Shown piece after piece: positions 1 through 12,790 of a stretch of 64,000 nt of DNA. A program made the translations under genes and the position numbers. The first letter of the stretch is position 1, and every line of letters begins with the position of its first letter. The notes under the pieces were generated by a model. The model was not told where the DNA came from. It ran no database searches and worked only from the letters and a program-made list of their open reading frames with translations. The stretch lies in assembly GCA_951406725.2 (NCBI GenBank), contig OX597817.1, forward strand, positions 105,462,001-105,526,000. Direction: 5' to 3'. Source of the stretch: Octopus vulgaris. Its lineage: Eukaryota.

Positions 1-463
1 AGTCTCTGCTAAAAGTATTAAGAGGCAGATGTTGATGTTAAAGAGAATAACATATTCGAACTATGACGCATTGGTTTCAAAGTAATTGTGGTAAGCTACA
101 ATGGTAGCAGAGTAAAGTTTATTTGGGAAATTGGTAAATAAGAAAAATAATCATCTAGAAGCAGTTGATATAGATAGCTTTCTTTGAGGTTGGCTATAAA
201 TACTAGTTATAATTAAGTTCGAACACCGGAAAATTATTTCCCGTTTAAATAAAAAAAAACAACAACAAATAACGAAAATAGAGAGCTTCTTACAATATGA
301 AAGGGAAAGTTAAATATCCTTTGTGTGTTTCAGGCGCAAAGGTCCATCGTCAAAAATGTCTCCATTCACATTGTAATAAGCTTTCTGTGTTTATTATTAT
401 TTTACTTCTGTATCACATTGCTTCTTGCAAACTACAACGCTCTTCATTTATGTTTAACTTTGT

Positions 464-770
464 ACGAGGGTAAGTCAAAAAGTAATGCCATTTTATTTAG
501 GACAGGTATAATTACCAACACAGGAACACGTATCATACATCAAAATGAAGCTGGTCCTCTGTGGATCACATCCCTACTTCTCAACATAGTCACCATTTCT
601 CTCAATAGCAATGTTCCACCTTCGAATGAGAGCGTGTATCCCTGCCCCGTAAAATTCTGCTGACTGTTCTTAGAGCCACTTCTTCCCTACAGTTTTAACT
701 TCCTCGTCACTGGAATAATGCTTGCCTCTCAAACTCTCTTTCATGGAGCCGAAGAGATGATAGTCCAGTG
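464..770 (-). mobile_element. mariner-like fragment
   Basis: TACGAGGGTAAGTCAAAAAGT mariner-type end, followed by decayed transposase-like sequence. Confidence 0.55.
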
Positions 771-780
771 ACACAACTGG

Positions 781-892
781 CACGAAAGGATGAAAGGCAA
801 AGTCGACATCAGTAGATTTTTATCTCGGAACGCAAAGACGGACGAAATATCGCTAAGCATTTGGCCAGCGAGCTAACAATTCTATCAGCCTC
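781..892 (-). mobile_element. tRNA-derived SINE family A (partial)
   Basis: Reverse-complement similarity to the copy at 5303-5534. Confidence 0.7.
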
Positions 893-913
893 CCTAACAA
901 CAACAACAACACA

Positions 914-974
<61 letters not shown>

Positions 975-1669
975 ACACACACACATATATATATATATGC
1001 ATGTATATGTGTGTACATATATACCGCTAAGACTATCACAGATATTTGATTTCAAAGTGATTCGAATGCATTATTTGTAATGAAACCTTGCGTTTTTGTA
1101 ATATTAATTTCAGATTCTCTAACAGACAAGATGACTTGTGATGTATGATTGCAATCTCCGCGGAAAATTTATAAACATAAAACTGGAGTAACGAAGTAGA
1201 AAGTCGTAAACGTCTAGATTCAACGACCTATTTATATTGAAATGTCAGATATTTGGTTTAGCAACCTATTTATGATAAAAATAGAATAGTTTTCCTCGTA
1301 AACATGATGTTCTTGGTATCAGTATCACTAATCGGCATAATTCTCTTTCTGAATCCCAAGACTTTTGGAGTAGCAGCTTATATATCGATGGATAAAAATT
1401 CAACTGCGTCTAAATGTACAAATTTGTAATAGGATTTAAGTACGTCGTTTAAACATTTGAATTACCGAAGTACTATTATTCCATAAAAAAATAGGCTGGT
1501 TGCTTATCCGATACTAGTCTACTCAAAAATATGTTTACTAATACTACCAAACTCACTCGAAACATGATTTATCGATGTACACCCCAGGTTTGTTGAGAAA
1601 TTATCTTTATGGTCGTTGAAAGTAATATACAGACTGCGATTAGCTAAATATATTTTGACGGAACATATT

Positions 1670-2045
1670 GGTGCTGCATGGTTATTAACTGCTTAACAAG
1701 TTTGCCTCGCAATCGTGAAGTCACGGGTTCGATCCCATGACATCTTCAGTAAGTGTCTTTTATCACAGCCTCGATAAAACCAAGTTTTGTGAGTGACATT
1801 AGATAAACTGAAACTGTGTGGAAGCTCACTGGATGTATTCTTTTACTTGTTTCAGTCATTTGACTGCGACCAAGCTGGAACACCGCCTTAAGGTTCTTTT
1901 TTTAATTGAGGAAATCGACCCCTGGACTAACTCTTTGTAAGCTTAGTATTTATTTTCTCGGTCTCATTGTCAAATCGCTAAGTTACGGGGACGTAAGTAC
2001 ACCAACGTCAGTTGTCTAGTGAGGGACAAACACAGGCACAAAGAC
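1670..2045. mobile_element. SINE family B halves (5' half on +, 3' half on -)
   Basis: Similarity to the full copies at 3211-3631 and 40366-40784. Confidence 0.65.
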
Positions 2046-2053
2046 ATTCACTC

Positions 2054-2111
<58 letters not shown>

Positions 2112-2359
2112 TATTTATTTATATTTCCTAGCGCCATACTATATACAATTGTTTGTTTGTTTTCCACCTGCCTTCGTCTTTTGTCTATTTTCATAAAGCT
2201 TCCCATTATATATATATATATATATATATAACACAACAAATCACACACACACACACACACACACAACACACACACACACAGATAATATATATATATATAT
2301 ATATATATATACAAGATAAGAAAATATAAATATAAGTAAATATAAATATAAGTATAGAT

Positions 2360-2495
2360 TACATCTTACAGCTGTTTCGGCCATGTAGATAAGTATGTCT
2401 CATTTTACCAATATTAGCCTTTTATGGTAGGTCAATATATAGATATAAATGAGACATTTACAAAAATATCATAAGGCCTCTTCGGAGATTATGTA
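2360..2495 (-). ncRNA. Type I hammerhead-like ribozyme with enlarged stem II (core variant CCGAAGA)
   Basis: Minus strand reads ATCT-CCGAAGA-GGCC-[92 nt with an internal 11-bp helix]-GGCC-GAAA-CAGCTG-TA-AGAT. Palindromic stem III, GUA triplet. Confidence 0.6.
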
Positions 2496-3171
2496 ATATA
2501 AATCAGTCTACATATATACCCACATGGGTGTGAGTGCATACCCATAATACAACATATACATATACATATGAGTGCATATACTCACACTCTTATACATATA
2601 AAAATATACATATACATAATGATATAAATAAATAATATAAATTAGTAAACATATATATGTGTTCCACATTCAATGTCTCAGTTTTTCGACTTAATATTGT
2701 GATAATAAACATACACAAATTAGTACCTAGATGCAAATATACATAGTCAATAGATGTAATCTATACTTATATTTATATTTACTTATATTTATATTCTCTT
2801 TTATATATATTCTATTTATTATACAACATTACTCTTTTATGTACACTTTTTAATGTACATTCCTTTATGTACACTGATTTGTTCTGCTTTTTATATTTAA
2901 CCCTACAGTCTCTTATGTGGTGGTTTAATAAAATATGTGATTGAGTATTATCTGGTAATTGATATTTGATTTAGATGTATTTCTCCATTTTTTATCTTGT
3001 ATTAGTAATTTGTGGTAAATCATTTTACCTTTGCCCATATAATACAGTAAATGAATTGATTGCATCGCAATCATTAACATTTATGTATTAACTTTGTTGG
3101 GTACTTCACTAGCAGTATATTGGATATATGTTATCCCATGGAAGGTTGCATTTACAACCCCTATCTCAATT

Positions 3172-3210
<39 letters not shown>

Positions 3211-3212
<2 letters not shown>

Positions 3213-3428
3213 TCTTTTACTCTTTACTCTTTTACTTGTTTCAGTCATTTGACTGCGGCCATGCTGGAGCACCGCCTTTAGTCGAACAAATCGACCCCGG
3301 GACTTATTCTTTGTAAGCCCAGTACTTATTCTATCGGTCTCTTTTTGCTGAACCGCTAAGTGACAGGGACGTAAACACACCAGCATCGGTTGTCAAGCAA
3401 TGCTAGGGGGACAAACACAGACACACAA

Positions 3429-3490
<62 letters not shown>

Positions 3491-3631
3491 GACAGGCTTC
3501 TTTCAGTTTCCGTCTACCAAATCCACTCACAAGGCATTGGTCGGCCCGGAGCTATAGCAGAAGACACTTGCCCAAGGTGCCACGCAGTGGGATTGAACCC
3601 GGAACCATGAGGTTGGTTAGCAAGCTACTTA
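3211..3631 (-). mobile_element. SINE family B (tRNA head, CORE-like GCACCTTGGGCAAGTGTCTT segment, internal (TA)n, GAGTAAAA tail)
   Basis: Highly similar to other full copies in the window. Confidence 0.9.
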
Positions 3632-4220
3632 TATATAGAAAATAGTAAAATGTGAAAAAACTACAGAAGGCTTAAATGTTAAAAAATATATATTTGCGTC
3701 AATATGTCTGAAGAATATTACAAAAAATTTTTGAAGAATATTAAAAATATGTTTTTCTCTTATAATGACATAATTTAGAAGAAAGACCGGTTTCGCGTTT
3801 GGCTTTTCAAATTTCTTGCGACGTTATGTTTATGTTGAATAGGGTAATCGTTATGTTTATGTTCAAAAGAGTTCTAAATAAGGGGAGGTAATGAGTGATT
3901 TCTTCCGGTGTAAGGGAGATAATCGCTTAAAAATGTTTTCCTTTCCCTTGGTGTGAATTTCTCTGTATCAGTATGTTAAGATGGTTAAGTCTGGGCTTGT
4001 ACTTTTCAATGAAGAATGTTTCCTTGTTTAGTCTAATTTGTGTTGATGATCCGATAGCACATTGGTAAAATGGAAAGATTAAAAATTGTGGTAGTAGTTG
4101 CTTTGCGCATTTCTCAATGTGCTCACTAAAAGGTATCATTCTGTATTCTGGGAATGCAATCTTTTGTCGATGCAGTGTGCATCTACGTCTGAGTGATAGT
4201 CCCGTGGATCCCACGTAGTC
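3632..4220 (-). mobile_element. Penelope-like element fragment: GIY-YIG endonuclease C-terminus plus pseudo-LTR
   Basis: YVGSTGLSLRRRCTLHRQKI...PFSEHIEKC...FLIFPFY...RLNKETFFIEKYKPRLN. Hammerhead 3' half CGAAACCGGTC at about 3785-3795. 3632-3720 recurs at about 6362-6452. Confidence 0.75.
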
Positions 4221-4298
4221 TTGGTGGCAGCCCGAGCATTTTATGACATAAATTATGTTTTCAGAGGCACAAGTAAAGTTAGATTTGATCTTGAATAT

Positions 4299-4470
4299 AT
4301 ATACGACGGGCTTCTTTCAGTTTCCGTTAACCAAATCCTCTCACAAGGCTTTGGTCGGCCCGACGCTATTGTAGAAGACACTTGCCCAAGCTGCTATGCA
4401 GTGGAACTGAACTCAGAACCATGTGGTTGGGAAGTAAGTTTTTTTACCACACAGTCACTTCCGCGTCTAT
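4299..4470 (-). mobile_element. SINE family B, 5' part
   Basis: Similarity to other copies. Confidence 0.8.
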
Positions 4471-5302
4471 GACAGCAGTCATTTTATAGATTCAACCTCG
4501 TCACGCTGATTTCGCGTGAGAATTACACTAAAGATACATGCATTTTGGGAATGCCCAACCACTTTAATGCTAGTTCATTAAATAAATATTTCAATTGAGT
4601 AACCGAATACTCATCGCCGAAAGCGACGGAGACCTATTGCTTAAGTTCTGACGTTTAATTTATATTTAGCTGTTATTTCCTTCTCTTCTAACCTGGTGAC
4701 GTCACGTGAGTAGTTTTCGTTATAGTTATTTATGATATTGTTCGTAAGGAGTGTATGGTATGTACGTCTGTCTGTTTCATAAAGGTTTGTGATTTTGTCT
4801 CACAGACCGTGAAGGCTTGCGAAATCGTTATTCAAAATGACATTAAAAAACACAATCGGTAAACTTTTTGGATTTTAACTTTTAATAGTATTAAAAATGT
4901 CAGATTCGGAAAGCTCCAATAAATTATTTTGTAGATATGTCCTAGATAAATTAGCATTATTACCTTTATCGAAGAAAAAGTTTTCCATTGCATTCTTCTT
5001 TAGCAGGTCTTTAGTTTTTACCTTGATCATATTTCATGCACAATTTTCTGGAAAGTATTGGCATATTTTTCTAAGCTTGTGAACGTTGCAATCTCAGCCT
5101 TTATTTGTTTGTATATAGTATTCAACAAATAAGAAGTAGTAGGTAATTAGCAAAATCCTATTCTTAGGAGTTAGATTTTAAAATGTAACTTACTCTCTAC
5201 GACTTGTTAGACATAGCTGTTGCAATCCCAGAAATCATATCTTATAATCTTAAAACAGGAAAGATATTTTGGACAATGTAGTAGTAGTAGTAGTAGTAGT
5301 AA

Positions 5303-5534
5303 GGCGGCGAGCTGGCAGAAGCGTTAGCACGCCGGGCGAAATGCTCAGCAGTATTTCGTCTGCCGCTACGTTCTGAGTTCAAATTCCGCCGAGGTCGACT
5401 TTGCCTTTTATCCTTTCGGAGTCGATAAATTAAGTACCAGTTACGCACTGGGGTCGATGTAATCGACTTAATCCCTGTGTCTGTCCTTGTTTGTCCCCTC
5501 TATGTTTAGCCCCTTGTGGGCAATAAAGAAATAA
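5303..5534 (+). mobile_element. tRNA-derived SINE family A, full copy (Nin/Deu-like GCCTTT.ATCCTTTCGG.GTCGATAAAT segment)
   Basis: A-box-like GAGCTGGCAGAAGCGTTAGC and B-box GAGTTCAAATTCC. Flanked on both sides by (GTA)n. Confidence 0.88.
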
Positions 5535-5897
5535 GTAGTAGTAGTAGTATAGAGGCATGTACTGTAACAACGCGTCGCTGCTTCTACCGTTTGTTGGTAA
5601 CTCCCTATTCCTGGCAGATGACACCTTTGCACCACTCAGGCAACAACCCTCCAACTCATGAATCCGTTTAGTGTTTGTACCCATAACTGATGAGGGTTTT
5701 ACAAGGTCGGGGTGCAAATCCTTCTTCAGCCTCTATTAATCACCTTTTACGACACGCTGGGTCTACTCTTTGACATGCTGGTCCCCACACAGCACAATGT
5801 AGTCTGAGATAATACAAACTTTCGGAATGCTCATAGCTGGTTTAGCCATGTGCATCCACAGTAAAAATTGCCTGTGCCTATTAATTATATAATCTAA

Positions 5898-6110
5898 TCC
5901 TTTCTGCTATAGGCACAAAGTCTGAAATTTTGGGGAAGGAGCAAGTCGATTACATCGATGCCAGTACTCAACTGGTACTTAATTTATCAACCCCGAAAGA
6001 ATGAAAAGTAAAGTCGCCCACGGCGGTATTTGAACTCAGACCGTAGCAGCAAACGAAATAGCACTGAGCATTTCGCCCGGCATGCTAACGATTCTGCCAG
6101 CTCGCCACCT
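5898..6110 (-). mobile_element. SINE family A
   Basis: Reverse-complement similarity to 5303-5534. Confidence 0.85.
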
Positions 6111-6456
6111 CATTAATTATACAAAATAATGAGACAAGAAAACATCTATTTTTTTAAGGAAAATTAATTCGTATGCTTGCACGTGAATAGTTTCGAATAA
6201 AATCGTGAGGTCTAGAAGTTCACTTCGAAGCTGAATGGTTTCAAGTTTCAGTTTGCTGCGAGTTCACCTATATATATATATATGTATATATAAACAACAG
6301 TGTATATATATATATATATATATATAGATAAGAAAGTTTGTTTGGTAAAGCACGTAGGTGAATATATAAGAAAATAGTAAAGTGTGAAAAAACGACAGAA
6401 GGCTTAAATGTTAAAAAATATATATATTTGTGTCAAAATGTCTGGAGAATATTGGA

Positions 6457-6496
<40 letters not shown>

Positions 6497-7154
6497 TACA
6501 CACACACACAACTAGTATATATAAACAACAGTGCCACCACCATCGCTACCACATCTGTCTTACACTCACCATTCAGACTTCTAACGACACCACCATCAAT
6601 ACCTTTGACTTCGCCGCCTTCCTCTTCTTTTGAGTTACTACTAAAGAAATGTAGACAAGTGTCTGCAACATCACAATTGATCCTATCCCTAGCCATTCCT
6701 GCCAAACGGCTTAAACCAACGCTCACTAACAACATGCTGTATTAAAACCGAGCGAATCAGGGTTTATTTAACGCGATACCCCTTATAACATGACCTGACG
6801 AGACACCTCTGTACCGAAGGATGCACCACAATCAGTTGTACAGTATCCCACCCGCGATCGATCGATGCAGGACGGGTCAAAACGTGCACTGTGAGCAATA
6901 AAGTTTCTCGTATGTTCCATTTTCTGCCTCTATCATTTGTTACATACATACATACATACATAAATACATACATACATATATATATAGTTCAAATTTTTAG
7001 AAAACAAAAGACGAAGACAGGTGAGGGAACAACAAGCAGCAGATCTATTAGTTTAACGCTTGGGAAGAATGGAAAGTCTTTGACGTTTCGAGCCTACGCT
7101 CTTAGACAGAAAGGGTTAAGAGGAAAAAATGGAGAGAGAACGAAAATAACGGAG

Positions 7155-9645
7155 AAATTATGTAATCAATGAGGTGATAATGGTTTGAGCGGGGATGCTT
7201 CCAGGTAGTTTTGTGGTGGCTGGGGAGATGGAAAATAGTATTGGTAATCAAACGCCATACTCACTGCGATAGCAGCAGATGGCCGTTTGAGTTTGCCTTA
7301 CCAACCTCATGCGTCCCTATTATGTCACCTCATATACAAGTATCACAATCTACACGTGCATTGAAATTACTAAGGAGGAAAAGTTTATCATAGATGGAGA
7401 CACCTCTCAACTGGTTACGTAGCTCAGAGTAGAACTGCTCTTTGACTACTTCATTTGAGTTCATGGTTATTGCATAGCAGCTGAAAATAATTGCATATTT
7501 ACTTTTGACAATGCAGATGTGCAATGACATAAGTCTTTCACTAATGCCAACAGGCCGAAATTCAAGTTGCTTCGCCAGGTCATTCTGAATAGCAACTGAG
7601 GGTAATCTTCTGGCAGATAAAAGGAGATCACGAAGCGCTAGGCAGGGCACTTTTCAAATGTTCTGAATATGGACTCAATTGTTAATGAAGAACTGATCAT
7701 CAACCTACCACAAAGGCCTGTCCTTGAAGAACTGTCAGTTGCTCCATCAAATGCTAAAATAAAATAAAAAGCCACAAAACAGCTCAAGAATGGAAAGTTG
7801 TCTGGGAACGATAGCATATCAACCGAGATATATAAACATGGTAGCAGTCTCCTGCTGAACAATTTATGTTAACTCTTCTCCTTAATCTAGGAACCAGGAT
7901 CAGTCCCACAGGAGTTTAAAGACACTTCTGTTATCTATCTTTATAAGCACAAAGGTAACAAATATAAATGTGATAACCATAGAGCTATCTCCTTTTTGTG
8001 TGTTGCTGAGAAGAACCTTGAAAGAGTTATCTTAAATAGACTAAATGATGGCCCATTCCAGCTTAGTGTTGCCCGAATCTGTGTGGATTTCGGGTTGGCA
8101 GAGGCACAGTGGATATAATTTTTATCCAAAGACAGCTACAGGAAAAGGCTAGTGAGCACAACCGAGACCTTTTTGTCACTTTTGTAGATCTAACTAAAGT
8201 TTTCGATACCGTATATAGCGATGCTCTTTGGTTGTCTTTAGAAAGCTGGGTGTTCCAGAAAAAATGCCCAATGTCATAATTTCTTTGCATCAAGGGATGA
8301 TGGCTTCTGTCAGATCTAGCGGGGAGGTGTCCGATTCGGTCTCAGTCTCAAATGAAATAAAACAAAGCTGTGTTCTTGCACCACTCTTATTTGCTTTGTA
8401 TTTCTCCGTCATGGTGGAAACAACGTTCGAGGGTGTTAAAGAAGGAGTACAGTAACATAAAGCGTTATGATTAACGCTTTATGTTACTGGTGGTGGCTTG
8501 TTCAATCAAAAGCACTTCAAAGCAAAAACTACAACTTTGGTGCAAACAGTTCGTGATTTGCTCTTCGCGGACGATTGTGCACTTGTAACACGCATTCTTG
8601 AGGACATGCAATGGATTCTAAACAACTTATCGTGTGCATTGAAGGCTTTTGGTCTGACCATCAGCATAAAGAAAACTGAGCTTGTCCATCGGCTCATTCG
8701 TGACCAACTTCCCGCTGTTTCCCCAACTGTATATGTTGATGAGAAACCATTAAAAACTGTTTTCGGCTTCGCTTATCTTGGTTCCATTGTGTCTGATGAT
8801 GCGAATATGGATAAAGAAATTGAGTCCAGAATCGAGAAGGCTAGCTCCGCGTTCGGTAAGCTTTGTCACAGTCTATGGAACAGCCACGACGAATCGTTGA
8901 AGGTGAAGGTTAATGTGTATAAATCGGTGGTCTTGACAACATTGCTTTGTACCGAAAGCACATCAACCAATTTGACGCTTTTCATATGCGATGCTTGCAT
9001 ACTATCTCCAACATAAAACCGAATGATCATATTCATAACAATGAGGTACTAATAAATCGCAACATATCAGGTATTGAAGCCATCCTCATCAAAATACAGC
9101 TTAGATGGCCAGATCATCTCTCACGTATGAGTGATATCAGAATTCCGAAGTAACTTCTCTTTGGTCAATTCCCAACAGGAATGTCAGTTGGAAAGCCACC
9201 CTTGCGCTTCAAAGACAAACTAAAAGACAATCAGAATCGATGCAACATTCCCTTTTCTTCCCGGGAAAACAAAACATCAGAATGCAGGACCTGGTTCCAG
9301 TCCTGCTTCTCCTCAGTTGAAAAATTTGAGCAAAGTTGACTCCAACACCAGGACCAACTTAGTGCAAGCATGAAGGCACACTGACAAAACACTACTCCTC
9401 TAAATGGAAACCTAACCTGTCATTGTGGTTTTGTGGCATGAAGTAAAGCAGGTCTAGCCGTCCACTCAAGAAAAACACCTAGTAAATGATCCCCAAGCAC
9501 TCAAGCAAACTAAAGCCTCAACTTGTTCCATTAGCCAAAAGGCTTGCAAGGCACCCGCAAGCCTCAAGAGATACATTCGTGTCCATAGAACATGGTTAAC
9601 GCTTTATGTTACTGAACTCTCATTTGTTGTTCACGACAAGAGAAT

Positions 9646-9652
<7 letters not shown>
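7155..9652 (+). mobile_element. Decayed RTE-clade LINE with an inverted 5' endonuclease segment
   Basis: + strand about 7596-9590: RT (VDLTKVFDTV, KQSCVLAPLLF, DLLFADDCAL, YLGS, IEKASSAFGKL, QLRWPDHLSRM) and C-terminal Zn-finger remnants. - strand about 7155-7595: APE endonuclease (ISERLMSL, SCYA, DKLFLLSNFNARV, TWKHPRS..HLIDYI). Many stops and frameshifts. Confidence 0.92.
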
Positions 9653-9689
<37 letters not shown>

Positions 9690-9735
9690 ATAGTGGTACA
9701 ACAATGCACCAATATATATATATATATATATATAT

Positions 9736-9959
9736 ACTCGAGGGGGTCCTGAAGAGTTCCTCGCTTTAAGGGTATCACGAAAGGCCTGATTGGAAGTCCA
9801 ACCTTCCTACTTCTTTTACAGGACTTAGAAAAATCTGAAGGACCGCTGCAATGAGTGTGTGAATTTGAGAGGGGAATATTATTAATAAAATCATAATTAA
9901 CTGATCCTCTTGTATTTTCATTTACCTAAAACCAGAAACTTTTCAGCATCACTTCCTGT
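9736..9959. mobile_element. mariner-derived MITE
   Basis: Imperfect TIRs (TA-CTCGAGGGGGTCCTGAAGAGTTCC...GAAACTTTTCAGCATCACTTCCTG-TA), bounded by TA. Confidence 0.65.
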
Positions 9960-9962
9960 ATG

Positions 9963-9994
<32 letters not shown>

Positions 9995-10175
9995 TGTATG
10001 TATGTATGTATGTATGTATGTATGTATGTATGTATGTATAGTGAGCGGAAACTCACGATGGGACAAACGAACAACAGAAATCCTCAGAGGAAGAACTTGC
10101 ATCAAAAGTGTTTTGGCCCGTCATTTCCTGACACTATGGAGAGAGCTGGATACACCTGTACTATATATATACACA

Positions 10176-10240
<65 letters not shown>

Positions 10241-10565
10241 TGTATACATACATACATACACCAAAACATCTGTCAAGTGTAATCATAATTGGCCGGATAT
10301 TGTTGTTTGAGATAGACAAGAAAAAGTCTGTACAGCCATAGAGAACAGCTGTCCTGTTGATACGAGTATATATTTGAAAGTCAAAGTGGATGAGGATAAC
10401 TATGGACAACTATTCGAAGCTTCCAGTTTCTATATCCGGATTACAAATTTATATTTATGCCAATGATAATTGGAGCACTTGGTTCTGTGAGTAAATGCCT
10501 GTCTAGATAAGCCTGGATTTTCAGAAAACTGCACATTACAAATACAATCTATAATAGAACAATAA

Positions 10566-10768
10566 TGGTTTCAAATTTTAGCACTAGACCAGCAGTTTAT
10601 GGGGAGGGAGAAAGTCGATTGTATCAACCCCAGTGTTCAACTGGTTCTTATTTTATTGACCCCCTCCAGAAGGATAAAAGGCAAAGTCGACCCCAGAACG
10701 TAAAGGCGGACGAATGCCGCTAAGCATTTTTGCTAGGCGTGCTAACGCTTCTGCTAGCTCGTCGCCTT
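10566..10768 (-). mobile_element. SINE family A
   Basis: Similarity to other copies. Confidence 0.8.
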
Positions 10769-11097
10769 TGTAAGATACGTAATAATAAAAAAAAGAAAAG
10801 AATAGGAATTTTATAAAAGAGAGAGAGAGAGAGAGATTTATTGCTGAATATAAGTATTATTATGATGGTATTAGAAATGCTTTGTAAAAGGTTTTATGAG
10901 AAGATTTTTCGACAATATTAATACAAAATGTCTTTCGTAAAATGTTTATTTTTTAGTTCTGATTGCACTCCTTCTTATAATGGAAACAGTTATAAGCTAA
11001 TCAAGGTGATTGCGTAACTCCTGGTCTTTTGTCATTCAATGATCAATAAATGTGTGTGTGTGCGCGCGCGTAAATGTATACGCATATATATATAAAT

Positions 11098-11274
<177 letters not shown>

Positions 11275-11516
11275 TGGTCTGATGTGTTTCACCTATCTGC
11301 AGTTAGAGTTGTTTGAAGACATACAGATCTTAGTTTCGGCACTTTGAGACCAATTTAGATTTTTTATTTAATAAAATATAATCTTTGATTAAGATGATAC
11401 CCACACACACACATAATATACGCATAGGTAGTGTGTGTATTATATCTGTTGTGTTATGTATTTTATTTATCATTTGTCATTTACCGTAATATATATACAT
11501 ACATTCATACATAGAA

Positions 11517-11583
<67 letters not shown>

Positions 11584-11663
11584 ATATATATACATACATG
11601 TATACATATATATATCTATATATGTATATTTAGCTATATATATATTATATCTATATATATTTA

Positions 11664-12671
11664 TAATTAATAATAAAAGGGTAAAATTAATTGATCAATC
11701 AATTAATTAATAATTTTACCAAGTAGATCGGTACATTAAAATAACCTCTATAGATAAAATTATACAAATATCCTATATTTATAAACATAATTATAATCAG
11801 GAGTCAGCTAATTGCTTTACCACATACTGAATTTAGAAATAGGAGTTAAAAATTCCTTTTCTACTACCGTAAGAATCTCCCAGACAGTAACACACTTTTT
11901 TACGTAGGCAAAAAGAAAAATAATGAATCAACAAGACTTCGATTAGCCACAGACGCGTTTCGAAATTAAAGTATTTAATTTATATCCCGTCATCAGTGTA
12001 GCATTTCCATTATAAAATTTGAAAGTGCTAGGGCTAAATACGCACACGATCGAGCGATATCGTGCAGCAGATATCCAACCAACATTACACCAAAATTTAC
12101 ACAGCCGAATATGAATATATATTTATCCCTTGTACCTACATGTATGTTACGAGCAGTACCGCAGAAAACAGTGGTATTCAATCAGGGAGTAAATTATAAT
12201 TTAAAATTAATAATAAAAGGGTAAAAATAATTAATCAAATTAATTAATAATTTTATCAAGTAGATCGGTACGTTAAAATAACGTTTATAGGTAAAATTAT
12301 ACAAATATTCTATAATTCTAAACATAATTATAATTAGGGGGTCAGGTAATTGCTTCACCACATACCGAATTTAGAAATAGGAGTTAAAAGTAACTTTTCT
12401 ACTACCGTAAGAATCTCCCAGACAATAACACACTTTTTTACGTAGGCAAAAAGAAAAATAATGAATCAACACGACTTCGATTAGCCACAGACGCGTTTCG
12501 AGATTAAAGTATTTAATTTATTTACTTCCCGTCAAAAATTATGTTACTGTCTGGGAGATTCTTACGGTAGTAGAAAAGGAATTTTTAACTCCTATTTCTA
12601 AATTCGGTATATGGTGAAGCAATTAGCTGACCCCTAATTATAATTATGTTTATGATTAGAATATTTGTATA
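11664..12671 (-). mobile_element. Non-autonomous Penelope/retrozyme-like element: tandem unit of about 538 bp plus a terminal inverted partial copy
   Basis: 11664-11992 is directly repeated at 12204-12534. 12542-12671 is an inverted copy of about 11762-11892. A hammerhead motif lies in each unit. Confidence 0.8.
11946..12002 (-). ncRNA. Type I hammerhead ribozyme (Penelope minimal type)
   Basis: GCTACA-CTGATGA-cgggatat AAATTAAA tac TTTAATTT c-GAAA-CGC-GTC-TGTGGC. Stem I is 6 bp, stem III is the palindrome ACGCGT, GUC triplet. Confidence 0.78.
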
Positions 12672-12790
12672 TATATTTATATACATTAATAATTATAATA
12701 TGACAACAAAAGAATGAATGAGACCTCGGTATTATGTAAAATAGAGGAATTTATCTCTAAATATAATATGTGACAATTAGTTGGTGGTCA

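Noticed and set aside
5680-5730. CTGATGAG hammerhead-like start
   Set aside because: No downstream GAAA or stem III. The same applies to CTGATGA near 48501 and 56117.
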